Source of the DNA: Octopus vulgaris
Lineage: Eukaryota
Reading direction: 5' to 3'
Assembly (NCBI GenBank): GCA_951406725.2
Contig: OX597827.1
Span: 28,706,001-28,770,000, forward strand
Length of the DNA stretch: 64,000 nucleotides
Made by a program: the position numbers and the translations under genes. The notes under the pieces are model-generated. The model was not told the DNA's origin and searched no databases. It saw only the letters and a list, made by a program, of their open reading frames with translations. This document shows, piece after piece, positions 28,354 to 41,850 of this stretch. How positions within the stretch are numbered: position 1 is the stretch's first letter; each line of letters opens with the position of its first letter.

Positions 28354-28748
28354 TCTACTCTAGGCAAAAGGCCTTGAAAATGTTGGGGAAGGGGGCTAGT
28401 CGACTATATCGACACCAATACGTAACTGGTGCTTATTTCCTCGAACCCGAAAGGATGAAAGGCAAAGTCGACCTCGCCGGAAATTGAACTCAGAACGTAA
28501 AGACAAACGAAATATCTATTTCTTCACTACCCACAAGGGGCTACACACAGAGAGGACAAACAAGGACAGACAAACGGATTAAGTCGATTATATCGACCCC
28601 AGTGCGTAACTGGTACTTATTTAATCGATCCCGAAAGGATGAAAGGCAAAGTCGACATCGGCGGAATTTGAACATAGAACGTAGCGGCAGACGAAATACC
28701 GCTAAGCATTTCGTCCGGCGTGCTTACATTTCTGCTAGCTGGCCGCCT
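28335..28748 (-). mobile_element. SINE family 2 composite: Tx1-tailed unit (28517-28748) joined to an alternative-tail unit
   Basis: Minus-strand junction AAGAAATA|GATATTTCG. Confidence 0.85.
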
Positions 28749-28880
28749 TCATTTGGACTGGTAATATTATTGCACAAATATATTTATTTTGATATATAGA
28801 AAAGAACAGAAATGGAGCAATAAATATCAATGAGAAGTTGATCATCGGTACGAAAAGTTCATAGATGAATTGTAGTTCAG

Positions 28881-28965
28881 AACCATTTACAGCTGTTTCT
28901 GTTTATCAAATCGAAGTAAATTTGCATTTATCTCGTTCCATTTAAGGAACATCGTCAGAATGATT
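28881..28965 (-). ncRNA. Type-I hammerhead ribozyme candidate with extended stem II
   Basis: AAUCAUU-CUGACGA-UGUU...AACA-GAAA-CAGCUG-UA-AAUGGUU; canonical core, GUA site. Confidence 0.6.
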
Positions 28966-29149
28966 TAGAAGAATATCAATAGGAGAAAAAGGGAAATGAA
29001 AGAAGAGGAAAAGCGTAAAAGAAAATGGGAAAAGTTTGTTTATTTTCATATATTCTGCGAGTTGAAAATTTGTGGAGACAGAATACTTTCTATCCATGGG
29101 TACTTGGAGGCGTTCGTCAAAATTATAGTTGTTTTATTCTTTTTTATTT

Positions 29150-29655
29150 TTATCTTTTACTTGTTTCAGTCATTAAACTGCACCCATGCTGGTGCACCGT
29201 CGTGAAGAATTTTACTCGAATGAATCGACTCGCAATACGTTTTTGCTAAAGTCTGGTAATTATTTTATCGGTGTCTTTTTTCAAAACTGTTGAGTTACAA
29301 ACACGGACACAAAAATAATCACTCACACACACACATACACACACAAACACTCTCACACACACGCTCATACACAGTCACGCACACACTCACATACACACAC
29401 ACGCACACGCATACACATACACTCACACACTCACTCACTCTCACACAATCACACGCACACACTTCCACAAACAAACACACACACACGCACATACAGACAC
29501 ACGCATTAACACACATACACACAAATCCTGTCACAAGGCTTTGGTCATCCCGAGGCTTTAGTAGATATATTTGCCGAAGATATCACGAAGTAGGACTGAA
29601 CCCGGAACCATGTGGTTGGGAAGCAAGCATTTTGCCACACATCTATACCTGCGCC
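29150..29655 (-). mobile_element. SINE family 3 with expanded internal (CA)n
   Basis: Tail and head blocks flank a degenerate CA tract. Confidence 0.75.
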
Positions 29656-29984
29656 TGTTTTAAGTTCAAATTCCAGTGAAGTCAGCTTTGGCTTCCATCC
29701 TCCTGCGGTCCCTAAATTTGTAAGACCGCCTCTTCTCGAATTAGAAACAAATCACAGGTCTTGGATTGGAAATCCCATTACAGAGTCGGTCAAAATGCTT
29801 TGCTTAATCGTTCCGGTTATTTCGATTGCGTGATGTTAAATCCGGCATATCGTGAGCTTTGCTTTTCATCCCTCAAGATTCGATATCATAATGTACCAGT
29901 TATATACTGGCGTCGATGTAACCGACTTGGTTCCTATGCGAATTTTCTGGTCCTCTGCATATTTTTATGACGCGAATGAGGGTA

Positions 29985-30336
29985 ACGGTGTTGTTGTAGT
30001 TGATGATGACGATGATGGGGTGGTGATGATGGTGGTGATGATGGTGGTGGTGGTGGTGATGGTGATATGGACGATGATGGTGAAGAGGAAAAGGAGGAGG
30101 AGGAGGAGAGGATGGGGGAAGGTGACTACAGCGCTACAACAACAAAGACAACGACTACAAAGACGTCGACGATAACCCCGACAACGACATATTGAGACTG
30201 ATGATGATGATGACGATGATGATTATGATGGTGGTGGTGGTTGTGGTGGTGGTGGTGGTAGTTTTGGTGGTGACGATGATGGTTATGATGATGGTGGTGG
30301 TGGTAGTGGTGGTGGTGTTGGTGGAGGTGGTGGAGG

Positions 30337-30370
<34 letters not shown>

Positions 30371-30900
30371 GGTGGTGGTGATGACGATGATGGCTATGAT
30401 GATGGTGGTGGTAGTGGTGGTGGTGTTGGTGTTGGTGTTGGTGGTGGTGGTGGTGGTGGTGGAGGTGATGATGATGATACTGTTTGAAATAGAAACGTAT
30501 GCAGTGATAGCGGCAGCGGCGAGGGCCTTGATGGCGGTGATGGTAATGACGGTAGCAGAGTTGATGATGGCGGCGAGGTTGACGGCGATCATGTCCGTGG
30601 CGGCGGCGGTGGTAGCGGTGATAGTAGTAGTGGTGGTGGTAGTGGTGGTGGCGTTGCTATTGGCGGTGGAAGTGTTGGCGCCGATTCCTCTGTTGATGTC
30701 TTCAGATCTGCTACATCAAGAAAACTAGTACAGGTAAATGGTGACGAATTAGTTGAAACGATTTAGTGACAGATACCACAAGAGCAGCAGCAGTAGCGGC
30801 AGCAGCAGCAGTAGCGGTAGCAGCAGTAGCAGCAGTAATTGCAGCGGCAACAAGAACAAGAGAAAATTTTAAATTAATGATAATTGAAAATATTAGCATC

Positions 30901-30932
<32 letters not shown>

Positions 30933-31198
30933 AAGAAGAAGAAGAAGAAGAAGAAGAAAAAGAAGAAGAAAGAAAAAAGAAGAAGCAAAAGAAGAAGAAA
31001 GAAAAAAGAAGCAAAAGAAGAAGAAAGAAAAAAGAAGAAGAAGAAGAAGAAGAAGATGAAGAAGAAAACAGAAAGAAAGAAAAAAGAAGAAGAAGACGAA
31101 GAAGAAAACAGAAAGAAGGAAAAAAGAAGACGAAGAAGAAAAGAAGAAAGGAAGAAGAAAAAGAAGAAGACAGAAAGAAAGAAGAAAGAAAGAAAGAC

Positions 31199-31241
<43 letters not shown>

Positions 31242-31900
31242 AGATGAAGAAGAAAATAAAGAAGGAGTAAATTGGGATGTGGATAATGATGATGATGATG
31301 AAGTGAGTGAGGTGGTGGAGTGGTGTGGGAAAGGAAAGTGAAGAATAGGTCCAAGAAATTCGAAAAATAACTAAACGAAGGAAAACTGCAATAAGAGGCA
31401 GTGGTGTTGTTGGTGGTGGTACTTATGCTGGAGCCCAAGGTAAAGGTGACGGCGGTGATGATGAGGGTGGGGGTGGGAGTGGGTCAGGTGGTGTTGGTGT
31501 TCTTGGTGGTGGTAGTGATGGTGGTGGTGGTGGTAGCGGTAGTAGTGTTACTGTTGCAGATGGTGGTGCTGGTGGTGGTGGTAGTGGTTATAGTGGTAGC
31601 GATGATGTCTGAGGTGTTTTCGGTGGCTGTGGTGGTGATAGTGGTGGGAGCAGCGGTTAATTGTTATTGTTGTTGTTGTCGTTGTTGCTGGCGGTAATGT
31701 TCATTATGATGATGATGAGGTTGGAAACGATTGTGACGTACATAGTGACGAAGAGATTTGACAATGTTAAAGGTGAGGAGAATTGAAGAGGACGACGATG
31801 ACGCTGGTGATGATTATGATGACGATGATGATAATGATGATGGTGGTGGTGGGGATGATGATGATGATGATGATCATGATGATGATCATGAAAAGATAAT
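29985..31900. repeat. Large compound trinucleotide low-complexity tract (GTG/ATG, GCA, GAA, GAT)
   Basis: Directly visible, strand-biased purine/G-rich runs. Confidence 0.95.
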
Positions 31901-32837
31901 GATGGTGAGAAAACCGACTACGATGGAGATGAGTTTTGAGGTAAGAGCAAGACAAGGAGAGAAAACAAAAGTGAGGCTGAAGGAGAGAGATAGAGAGAAA
32001 GAACAAGAAAGATAGAGGGGCGGACCGAGAGGTGGAGGGGAAGGGCTGTGCTATTTGTTTATTTATTTATTATATTGTTGTTGCTGTCGTCGTCGTTGTT
32101 GTTGCTGTTATTGTTGATGTTGTTAAGTTGTTTGATCTTTCTTCACATGTACATTGCCGCAGGCCAAAATGATGGCTGAAACAACAAAAACAACAACAAC
32201 AAAAGCAGCAGCAGCAGCAGCAATATCTGGATAGCACATGTTAACACACATACACACGCACATGTATAAGCATCACAGAAAAAATTAAACACACACATAA
32301 CCAAATATGAATAGATACATACATACATACATACATACATAACACACACACACACACACACGGATATATGTGTGTGTACGTGTGTGTGTGTGTGTTGTGT
32401 GTGTGTTTGCGGAGATTTGTGTATGCCTGCATACAAACAACTTACAACATACAACACACATATGTGTATACGTGTATGTCTGTATACACACAGGCAGAGC
32501 TAAATACATACCTTGACTCATACATATATATACATACATACAATGTACATGAAATATATATATATATATATACACATACAATTATATGCATATATATGTA
32601 TATATATACATATGTGTATGTATATGTATATACATATATGTATATATATATATAAATATATATATATATATGTATATATATATGTATATACATATATGTA
32701 TATATATATAAATATATATATATGTATATATATATATACATATATATGTATATATGTATGCATATATATATATATATATGTATGTATATATACATATATA
32801 TATATATGTATATATATATGTATACATATAAGTATAC

Positions 32838-32872
<35 letters not shown>

Positions 32873-33233
32873 CGCCAATAAAGGTAATACCCATACTTAT
32901 TTACTTTCATACGCACGTAGAAACTCGTATACGCATAGACGAAAACATACTCGCGCATAGGTATAGAGCTATCTTTTCACGAATGTTTATCAATGTATGT
33001 ATATATGTATGTATGTATGTATGTATGTGCGCATGTCTGTATAAGTAAATATAGGTTTGTGTGTGTTTGTGTATACCTAGGTCCTCACACACGCGCGTGC
33101 GCACTCACAAATGCACAGAAACACACATATATACCACATATATACATAAATACATACGCTCTGACACATAAATACATACACTCGGACATATGTACATATA
33201 CATATATATCGAAATATATATTCATTTATTTAT

Positions 33234-33277
<44 letters not shown>

Positions 33278-34196
33278 TGTGTTTGTTAGTCTGCTTACGA
33301 CAGTATATGCATATATATATGGCTTTACATACAAATGCATTTGTACGTTTTGTCATTCAGGTGTGTTTGTTTGTATATGGGTACACGTGTGTGTCCATGC
33401 ATGTTTCAATGTATATATATGTATATGTATATATGTATATATGTATATGTATGCATGTATACATATGTACCTAAGTATATGTGCATGTACATGTGTATGT
33501 ATATATAAGCACCTTTGTACGTATATATTAATACACCTGATCTCTCTCTCTCCATATATGAGTGTAATATGAGCGCGCACCATAATTTGTCATGAAGTGT
33601 GCGTGCGTCTGTTAGTATAAACTGTGTCGTGTGTGTGTGTGTGGTTGTGTGCGTGTATGTGTTTGAATCGGTGTGTTTATGTGTGTATATGTATGCATGT
33701 GCAAGTGTGTGTGCGTGTGTGTAAGTAGGCATATCACTGAATCAAAATAGAAGAAGAAGAAGAAGAAGAAGAAGAAGAAGAAGAAGAAGAAGAAGAAGAA
33801 GAAGAAGAAGAAGAAGAAGAAAAAGAAGGTAACGATGACGAAAGAAGATATGATTTAGCGATGAGATATAACAGAGGGGTAGGGGTAGAGTTGTGGCAGA
33901 AGTACGTGTTACTGAAATTGTGTGTGTGAGCGTGTGTGCGTGTGAGTGTGTGCGTGTGCGTGTGTGTGTGTGGGTGTGTGTGTGTATGTGTGTGTGAGTG
34001 TGTGTTTGTGAGCGTGTGTGTGTGTGTGTGCATGTGTGCTATAAGGGTGGTGTGGTGGAGTGGTGGAATGGTGGTACTCGAATATTATTGTGATGGAATT
34101 AAGAGGACAAAATGAGAAATGGTAAGAATTAGAAAACGAAATCCTAAACAAAAAATAATACAAATTCTGAAGACAGCAAAATTTATATAAATGAAA

Positions 34197-34232
<36 letters not shown>

Positions 34233-34676
34233 TGTATGTATGTATGTATGTATGTTTGTATGTATGTATGTATGTATGTATGTATGTCTATACACATAAA
34301 AGCGTGTACACGCACACACACACGCACACTCATATGTATGTATGCATGGTGTGGATGTGTATGTCTACTGAAACAAATACGCAATGTAAAAAAAAAATCT
34401 TATTGATTTCTAACTTATTAAGAATGATAACCGAAGATCTGGATATAATTAAATGCAAAAATTGAAAAGGAACTTTAATATGGATATATATATATACGTG
34501 AGTGTGTGTGTGTGAGAGAGAGAGAGGGGGAGAGAGAAAAGGATAGAGAAAAGTTTCTAAAATTTCAAGCAAGTTAGATAGTGTCTTAGATTAAGAAGCT
34601 ACATAGGCATATTGGTGGTGGGGGGCATAGCTAGTGGTATATGTATATGTGTATGTGTATATATAAATATATACAG

Positions 34677-34720
<44 letters not shown>

Positions 34721-35672
34721 GTCCGTATATATGTATATATATATATACAGGCAGGTAGATAGATAAATAGCTAGATAGACGTATATATATACATATATAT
34801 ATGCATTTATATATATATATATGTATGTATGTATATATAAATATATCCGAGGCGTTCAAACGTATGAGTGTCGGGGACACAAACGGACGCACACACATAT
34901 ACACAGAGCTTGAAAGAGGGAGAGAGGGAGAGAGATTGCGTGGTTTTGGTCAGGTAAATAAATAAGATAACTGTATGCCGGTAGTTTATCCATAAATGTA
35001 TCTGTATGTGCGCCGCGTGTATGATTAAAATATACACGTATATATATATATATATATATATACAAGCAGGTAGATAGATAAATAGCTACATAGACGTATA
35101 TATATACATATATATATGCATTTATACAAATATATACATATATGCAAATACATCGATATATATCATATACATATATCATATATTATATAGATGCATATAT
35201 GTACATTAGAACACAAACACAGACACACACACACATTTCTATATATGAATGAGTATTCTATAAGATATCCCTATCGATGTATAGATAAATGTGCGGTAGA
35301 TGGCGTTGGAAACTGTTGTGAAATGTGAAAGAGAGGAATGAGTACAATGTATGGTTAGGAAAAGAATATGTGAAAGGAAGGAAAGAAACTGAGAGCGAGA
35401 GAGAGAGAGACAGACAGACAGAGAGAAGGGGGAAAAGTGATAGAGTAAAGGAGAAAATGTGAATAAGTGAGAGAATGAATGAAATAATAGGTTTACTTAA
35501 GTCTTGGAATTAAAATGGTTAAACAGAGTGAAGAAGGAAGAAGAATTTGCGAAATGGAAGTTGCGATGACATAAAGAAGACGTTTGTAAGCGTATGTGGG
35601 AGTAAAAGAGGGCGATTTGGGAGGGGGGTGGATCTCGATTCTCACCGTTTCCCCTATATACTGTTTCTGTGC

Positions 35673-35703
<31 letters not shown>

Positions 35704-35797
35704 TAAATATTTTAACTTGAGAATTCTCAGCAAACCTAAAAGTTATTCTTCTTCTTTCCCTTTTCTTTCCCACTCTAGAGAACCCAGTTTATATTTG

Positions 35798-35867
<70 letters not shown>

Positions 35868-35876
35868 ATATATATA

Positions 35877-35922
<46 letters not shown>

Positions 35923-35963
35923 TACATACATGTATGTATGTATGTATGTATGTATGTATGTAT

Positions 35964-36045
<82 letters not shown>

Positions 36046-36593
36046 CCTTAGTTATTTTACTTTCTTCTTCATCACCTTCCTATAATCTTGTTACTTTGAA
36101 ATTTCACGATTCCTTGCCGAATATTTTTCCGCTGCCTCCAAATCACCAGGGAATTGTGCTGCCGCCCCCCCCCATACACACACCCCACTTCGCTTGATAC
36201 AGTAAAAGAAAGAAGCTAACCGATACACAATTCCTGAACTTAAACAACGATAACCACTACTACTACTACTACAAATACTGCCGCCGCTGCTGCTGCTGCT
36301 AGCTGTTGTTATTTTTCTGTTTGTGCACCTGCTGCCTCTACTGCAGTTCCACATATTGGTACCTGTTTGTAGCAGGAATTTGACTGCAAAACTAATGGTA
36401 GCTGTCGCAATTCGAATAGTTAAAGACACTGTTTTTTTTGTTGTTTTTTGGGGGGGATTGGTAGCGCCGTCGTTCAATATTGATATTGCTGTTGTTGTCG
36501 TTGTTGTTGTTGTTCCTACTGTTGGTAATGTTTGTGCTGCTGCTGCCGCTGCCGTTGCGGTTGTTGTTGCTGAAGTTTCCTCTGTTGCTGCTG

Positions 36594-36631
<38 letters not shown>

Positions 36632-36880
36632 GAACAAACGTGATAATGGTATGAAAATTCATCTGAGATTCCATTACGATAGCACGAGTCTACCTCGCCA
36701 TTTCCCGGCGGAGTTATATGTATATTTTTTTTTTCATTTTTCCTTCCTTATCTTTTATTTATTTATTTATTTATTTATTTATTTTAGCTGCAACTTTCCT
36801 CACTTGCAAATGATTAGAATCATTCTATTGAAATAGCAGGTATAATTGCACCTGCGTAATCTAATTTGAAGACTTCGTGG

Positions 36881-36944
<64 letters not shown>

Positions 36945-37389
36945 GCCTTTCGTCGCATCTCTAAGCACGTGCTTTATGACTTCTACAGTCGTCGTGACGT
37001 TCGCCATATTCTACGTGACGTCGATAAAAGATTTTCGAGAATAACGACTGTGAGGTGATAAAAATAGATTTGGTGAATTACTTTCGATAACTTTTATATT
37101 GAGCTATAAGGGGCAGGTAATTGAACAATGATTTCAATTTCGATTCTCATAACACAGTGGCTAATTTTCCATTGGTCGAACACATGAGTCGAATATTCCC
37201 GAATCTGCAAAGAAATTTGCTTGAGTTTATCCGGTTAGAAACCGAAGCAACACTACACGCGGAAAGGAACCTGCTTTTTCAATTGACTTGCTAAAAGTTA
37301 CAACAAAACTCCTCTAAAATCACGCCTTCACATGTAATCGCTGACATGTAGACATTGACATGTAGTTCGTAATTTAGTTCACATCTTTG

Positions 37390-37805
37390 GGATTGAAAGC
37401 TATACCAACCAGCGAACCGGATGCCACTGCATCGTACAAAAGATCCCGTCCTCTCCATCTAGAGTAAGGACACATATTATTGTAGCAGTTTAGATTTCAG
37501 GGGCCTACAACTTTTCGACACTCTGCCTAACAACATCGGATATATGTGAGGTACAGGGGTGGCTGTTTTCAAAGAACATTTCGACAAATTTTGTATCTGA
37601 GGTACCAGACGAACCTACACCGTCGTAGGGAGCAAAAAGGAAAGCAACTCTGCCCAAGTCACGGCTTCACAAAAACAAAAAAAAACAGTTCCGCAGAGAA
37701 AGCCGACAAGTGTGTGTGAGATAAAAAAAAAAAAGAACAACTGCCTTAAAGGCGTGTTGCAGTATGACTACAGTCTGTAGCTGAAACTAGTAACCATAAA
37801 AATAA
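37390..37805 (+). mobile_element. CR1-group LINE 3' fragment (decayed)
   Basis: Translates to ...FRGLQLFDTLPNNI...VAVFKEHFDKF..EVPDEPT, typical of a CR1-group ORF2 C-terminus; followed by a tail resembling SINE family 3. Confidence 0.65.
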
Positions 37806-38217
37806 CATCTTTGTGTTATGAAGGGAAAATAAGTATTTGTCATTTTTGAAACGCTTCTCATGAGAGATCCATAAACGCTTCTCATGAGAGATCCATAACA
37901 ACAGCACAAAGAAGAATAAAAACGAAGGATTTCAAATATTGCTTCGGGAATTGTCATCCAACCACGTACATGCCAATTTGTTCATTGTTGAAGTTTTCCT
38001 CCAAGGTGTTCCAGAGTAAAGGAGTCTAATAAAAATATATTCTTGTTATAGAGCGTTATTAAATCCACGTTCCGCTATTAATTTACAAACGTGAAGTTTC
38101 ATAACTATCTTTCTTTCTTTCTTTTTTTTCTCCCTAAAAAGAAACGCTCTACTTTGTAATTTGTCCCCATTGTGTTCAGCTCTGTGTGGCTAATAAAGAA
38201 ACATATCTCTGTCTCTG

Positions 38218-38256
<39 letters not shown>

Positions 38257-38316
38257 ATATATATAGAACAATCTTACTTAGAAATGGATGCGTGCGTTCA
38301 GTCATATATAAATAAA

Positions 38317-39192
38317 TAAATAAAACATATGCATATATACATACATATATGTACGTACCTACCTCTACATGTATATATACATGCATATATGGGTACAGGA
38401 CACCAAAACAAAACGTCGAAAACAATGAGAAACGAAAACATAAACACAAAACTGAAGAAATGGACATATTTTTTTAAACAACGAAAAAATAGAGTACAGG
38501 ACATACAAACAAGGAAAATTCCCCTTCTTCAGTCGCCTTAATTTCATCTACTCCACGTTTCGAAGGTCAGGCGATACATGACTTCAATGAAATTTTCCTT
38601 CCCGCGGAAATCAAATTAAATAAAATTTGAGATTTTTTTGCGGAGGGGTAAAAATGGTAACAAAAACAGGACAGTAACGACAGTACAAAATATAAACAGG
38701 GCAAAGGAGAATAACAGTAATACAAACAAGGAGGGCTGTTAAGCCAAACGAGATAAAAAATGTTTACGAACGCTATTCTTTGGCATCGGCAGAGCAACAG
38801 ATTTTACCGTCCCTACCTGGAGGAAGCTGGAGAAGAAAAGACAGAAATAGGCATCTCATCACGTGACCGCGACGGGACGGAGGAGGAGGAGTAAGAGAAA
38901 GGGAGAGAAAAAACGGGGATGGTGGTAGAGAAAAGAATGAAGAATGAGAGAGAGAGGGAGAGACAGTAAGGTAGAAGGAAAGGAAAGCCAAAAGAATGAA
39001 GGCTGAGAAAGGGAGGGGGAGAGAAAGGTTAAGAGTGCGCATCAGTATTAGTCCATTTCCTCAGTTTTGTGTTTATGTTTTCGTTTCTCATTGTGTTCGA
39101 CGTTTTTTTTTTGGTGTCCTGTACCCATATATGCATGTATATATACATGTAGAGGTAGGTACGTACATATATGTATGTATATATGCATATGT

Positions 39193-39200
<8 letters not shown>
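38317..39200. mobile_element. Non-autonomous element with about 150-bp inverted repeats (Penelope-type)
   Basis: 38317-38465 is the near reverse complement of 39051-39200; internal hammerhead remnant at 38540-38595 (-), homologous to 14787-14835. Confidence 0.7.
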
Positions 39201-39234
<34 letters not shown>

Positions 39235-39361
39235 ATATAGGGTAAAAAATTATTAATTCATATTTAATAAATTTCACCATGTAGTTTCGGTATGGAAAGG
39301 AACTATATTCGGTAAAAACTTATACAAGAACCGTTCGATTCACTTCAACATTTAAGTTTAA

Positions 39362-39406
39362 TTTGTCAAAATATTTTCGTCACTTAGTGACCTGTTCACT
39401 AACAAA
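39362..39406 (-). ncRNA. Minimal type-I hammerhead ribozyme candidate, G3-C8 variant (second copy)
   Basis: UUUGUUA-GUGAACA-G-GUCAC(UAA)GUGAC-GAAA-AUAU-UU-UGACAAA. Confidence 0.6.
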
Positions 39407-39684
39407 AATCCGTGCTGCATATACAAGAAGTGTTATATATAATTATAACAATAATTATATATATAACAATAATAATTATTGTTATATATATATATAAATT
39501 CAATTTGAAAATTCCACCAGAATGGACGAAAGCGAGATTATATGATATTTGATATATGATGTATAAAAGCATGTAATATACAAATAAATATCCGTAAATA
39601 TAAAACCATCCGAATTTTTGAGTACCTCATTTCTTCTAATATAAAATACCTGTACATCATCTCCAAACCATCTAATATATATAT

Positions 39685-40671
39685 TGTTGTGAGTTCAACT
39701 TAAGGACAGAGCCGGCGACCTACATTTGGCAATGAATCCATTGTTCTGCTAGATGCGGGTTGATTAATTAGCTCTGGGGAGACTCCCCGACCCCTTCGGG
39801 TGAATTAGGGTTCATTTGGAGGGCTGCCCCCTTAAGTAAGCAGTTCAATGTGTGAGAGACAGTGAAGAAGCGGAAGAAGAAAGTAGTGAGGAAGACAGAT
39901 TAAGGAATCTGAGCGGGGATAGAGAGAGTATTAGAGCTAAGAGAGATTGAGGGTAGTGACAGAACCAGAGGTTTTGGGCAGTCGGTATTTGGTCGTCAAG
40001 GCGAGCGGTTGGATTTAGGAGCGAGGATTTTGGAATTCAAGGCAAGCGTTTAGCAATTTGGAGTTAGCAGTACTGAGAGAGATGAGGTGCAATATGAGAC
40101 ACTGGCTATTCTAGTAGGAACTAAGGTACGTGAATTGTGTATTGATATGTGAAGAAAAAGAAGGAAAAAGAATCGATGTATTGAAATGTTGAAAAGAAAT
40201 GGGACAGTAAAAAAAAAAGAACAATGTGAACTGTGTAAAGATATTGTGTACAGAGTTGTTGAAGAGAGAACGGTGTAATGAATATTGAACTGTATAGGCC
40301 TTTAATGTCCTTTGAACTGTAACTTTAATGTGTTTTGAAACTGAACTGTTGTCTCCGGACGTGTACTCTTGAAATGCATTTGATGTGTTGATTCTGTTAC
40401 TTGTATTTACCTGATGTATGTAATTGATGTTGTAACAATTGATTGTCATAAACTAGTTGTTAAATGTGAGCCAATTGCCTTGCCTCTTTGTGTCTCTCTC
40501 GATCGCCTCCGCTGTGTCTCTGTGTCTCTTCTTGCTGCGGCTGCTGTTGTAGTTGTTGTTGTTGTATCTCTCTCTTCTCTCCGAGTTTCCGTGGGGAACA
40601 TTTGCTGCATCGAACGGGCCTGTGTGAGGGATTCCGTAACAGCTTTCGTTCGACGGAATCCCCTCGTAACA
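39685..40671. mobile_element. Solo LTR (Gypsy-like)
   Basis: TGTTGTGAG...CTCGTAACA termini (TG..CA, 7/9 inverted match), ATAT on both sides, non-coding 987 bp. Confidence 0.6.
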
Positions 40672-40869
40672 ATATATATATATATATATAACAAATGTAG
40701 GCTAAAAATTTTTTTCCGGGAAAAAAATTTAACAATGGCCAGCACATCAAAAAATACCTTTAAAGGTTAAATTTATAAATAATTTACAAGATAAGGGCAA
40801 AGGAAAAATTCTAATGCCAAATATGCCGAAAAACAGACAAAAATTGTCAATCTTTTGCCCTTATCTTGT

Positions 40870-40934
<65 letters not shown>

Positions 40935-41172
40935 AGAAAGACAGAGGGTTAGAGAGCAACGGTTTGCTTTGCGCTTCAAGTGTCACGCTACGGCGATCTA
41001 CAGGTTCTCATGTAGAGTTCAGATTTTTGCACAAAGCCAGCAACTTTGAGAGACTGTGTGAGTCGATTACATCAATAGGGGTCATTTATCATATTGAACC
41101 GTTATTCCTAACACATATTTCTCTGACCGTTATTTTTTTGTACATACATATAAATAGACACACATTCACAAA

Positions 41173-41203
<31 letters not shown>

Positions 41204-41612
41204 GCTCATATATAGAATAAATAATTATGATTCAGTTGAATTACGTATTTAAGTTGAGGCACCAAGTCTGTCCAGCATTGTCCGCACATATTTTATTCAC
41301 CGATATATATATATAGACATACATACATACATACATACATACATGCAGATATGCATACATACATACATATACATATGGAGGGAATCCAGAGGTAGACTTC
41401 ATCAGCTGTTAGACATTATATTATGGCTATTTATTTATTCAAAACAGATTCTAATAATATATATAAATACGTGTGTAAAGTACTATTAATTTCTAGAATA
41501 TAGAAAGAAGACCAGATTCTTACAGCTGTTTCTGCCAAGAGATCACAGTACCTCACATGTTTTTCCATCTTTTCCCTTAGTTGGTTGGATTCACAACCTC
41601 AAACTCTCTTTG

Positions 41613-41764
<152 letters not shown>

Positions 41765-41797
41765 ATATGTATGTATATATATATATATATACATATA

Positions 41798-41850
41798 TAT
41801 TCTTTTACTTGTTTCAGTCATTTGACTGCGGCCATGCTGGAGCACCACCT
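41798..41850 (-). mobile_element. SINE family 3 tail, truncated next to the Helitron 5' end
   Basis: TATTCTTTTACTTGTTTCAGTCATTTGACTGCGGCCATGCTGGAGCACCACCT. Confidence 0.8.

Noticed and set aside
29852-32015. Poly-V/M/R/K/D/T ORFs
   Set aside because: Trinucleotide repeats open in several frames on both strands; no splice or domain evidence.
37849-37896. 24-bp perfect tandem duplication
   Set aside because: Two copies with no spacer; ordinary slippage, not CRISPR-like.
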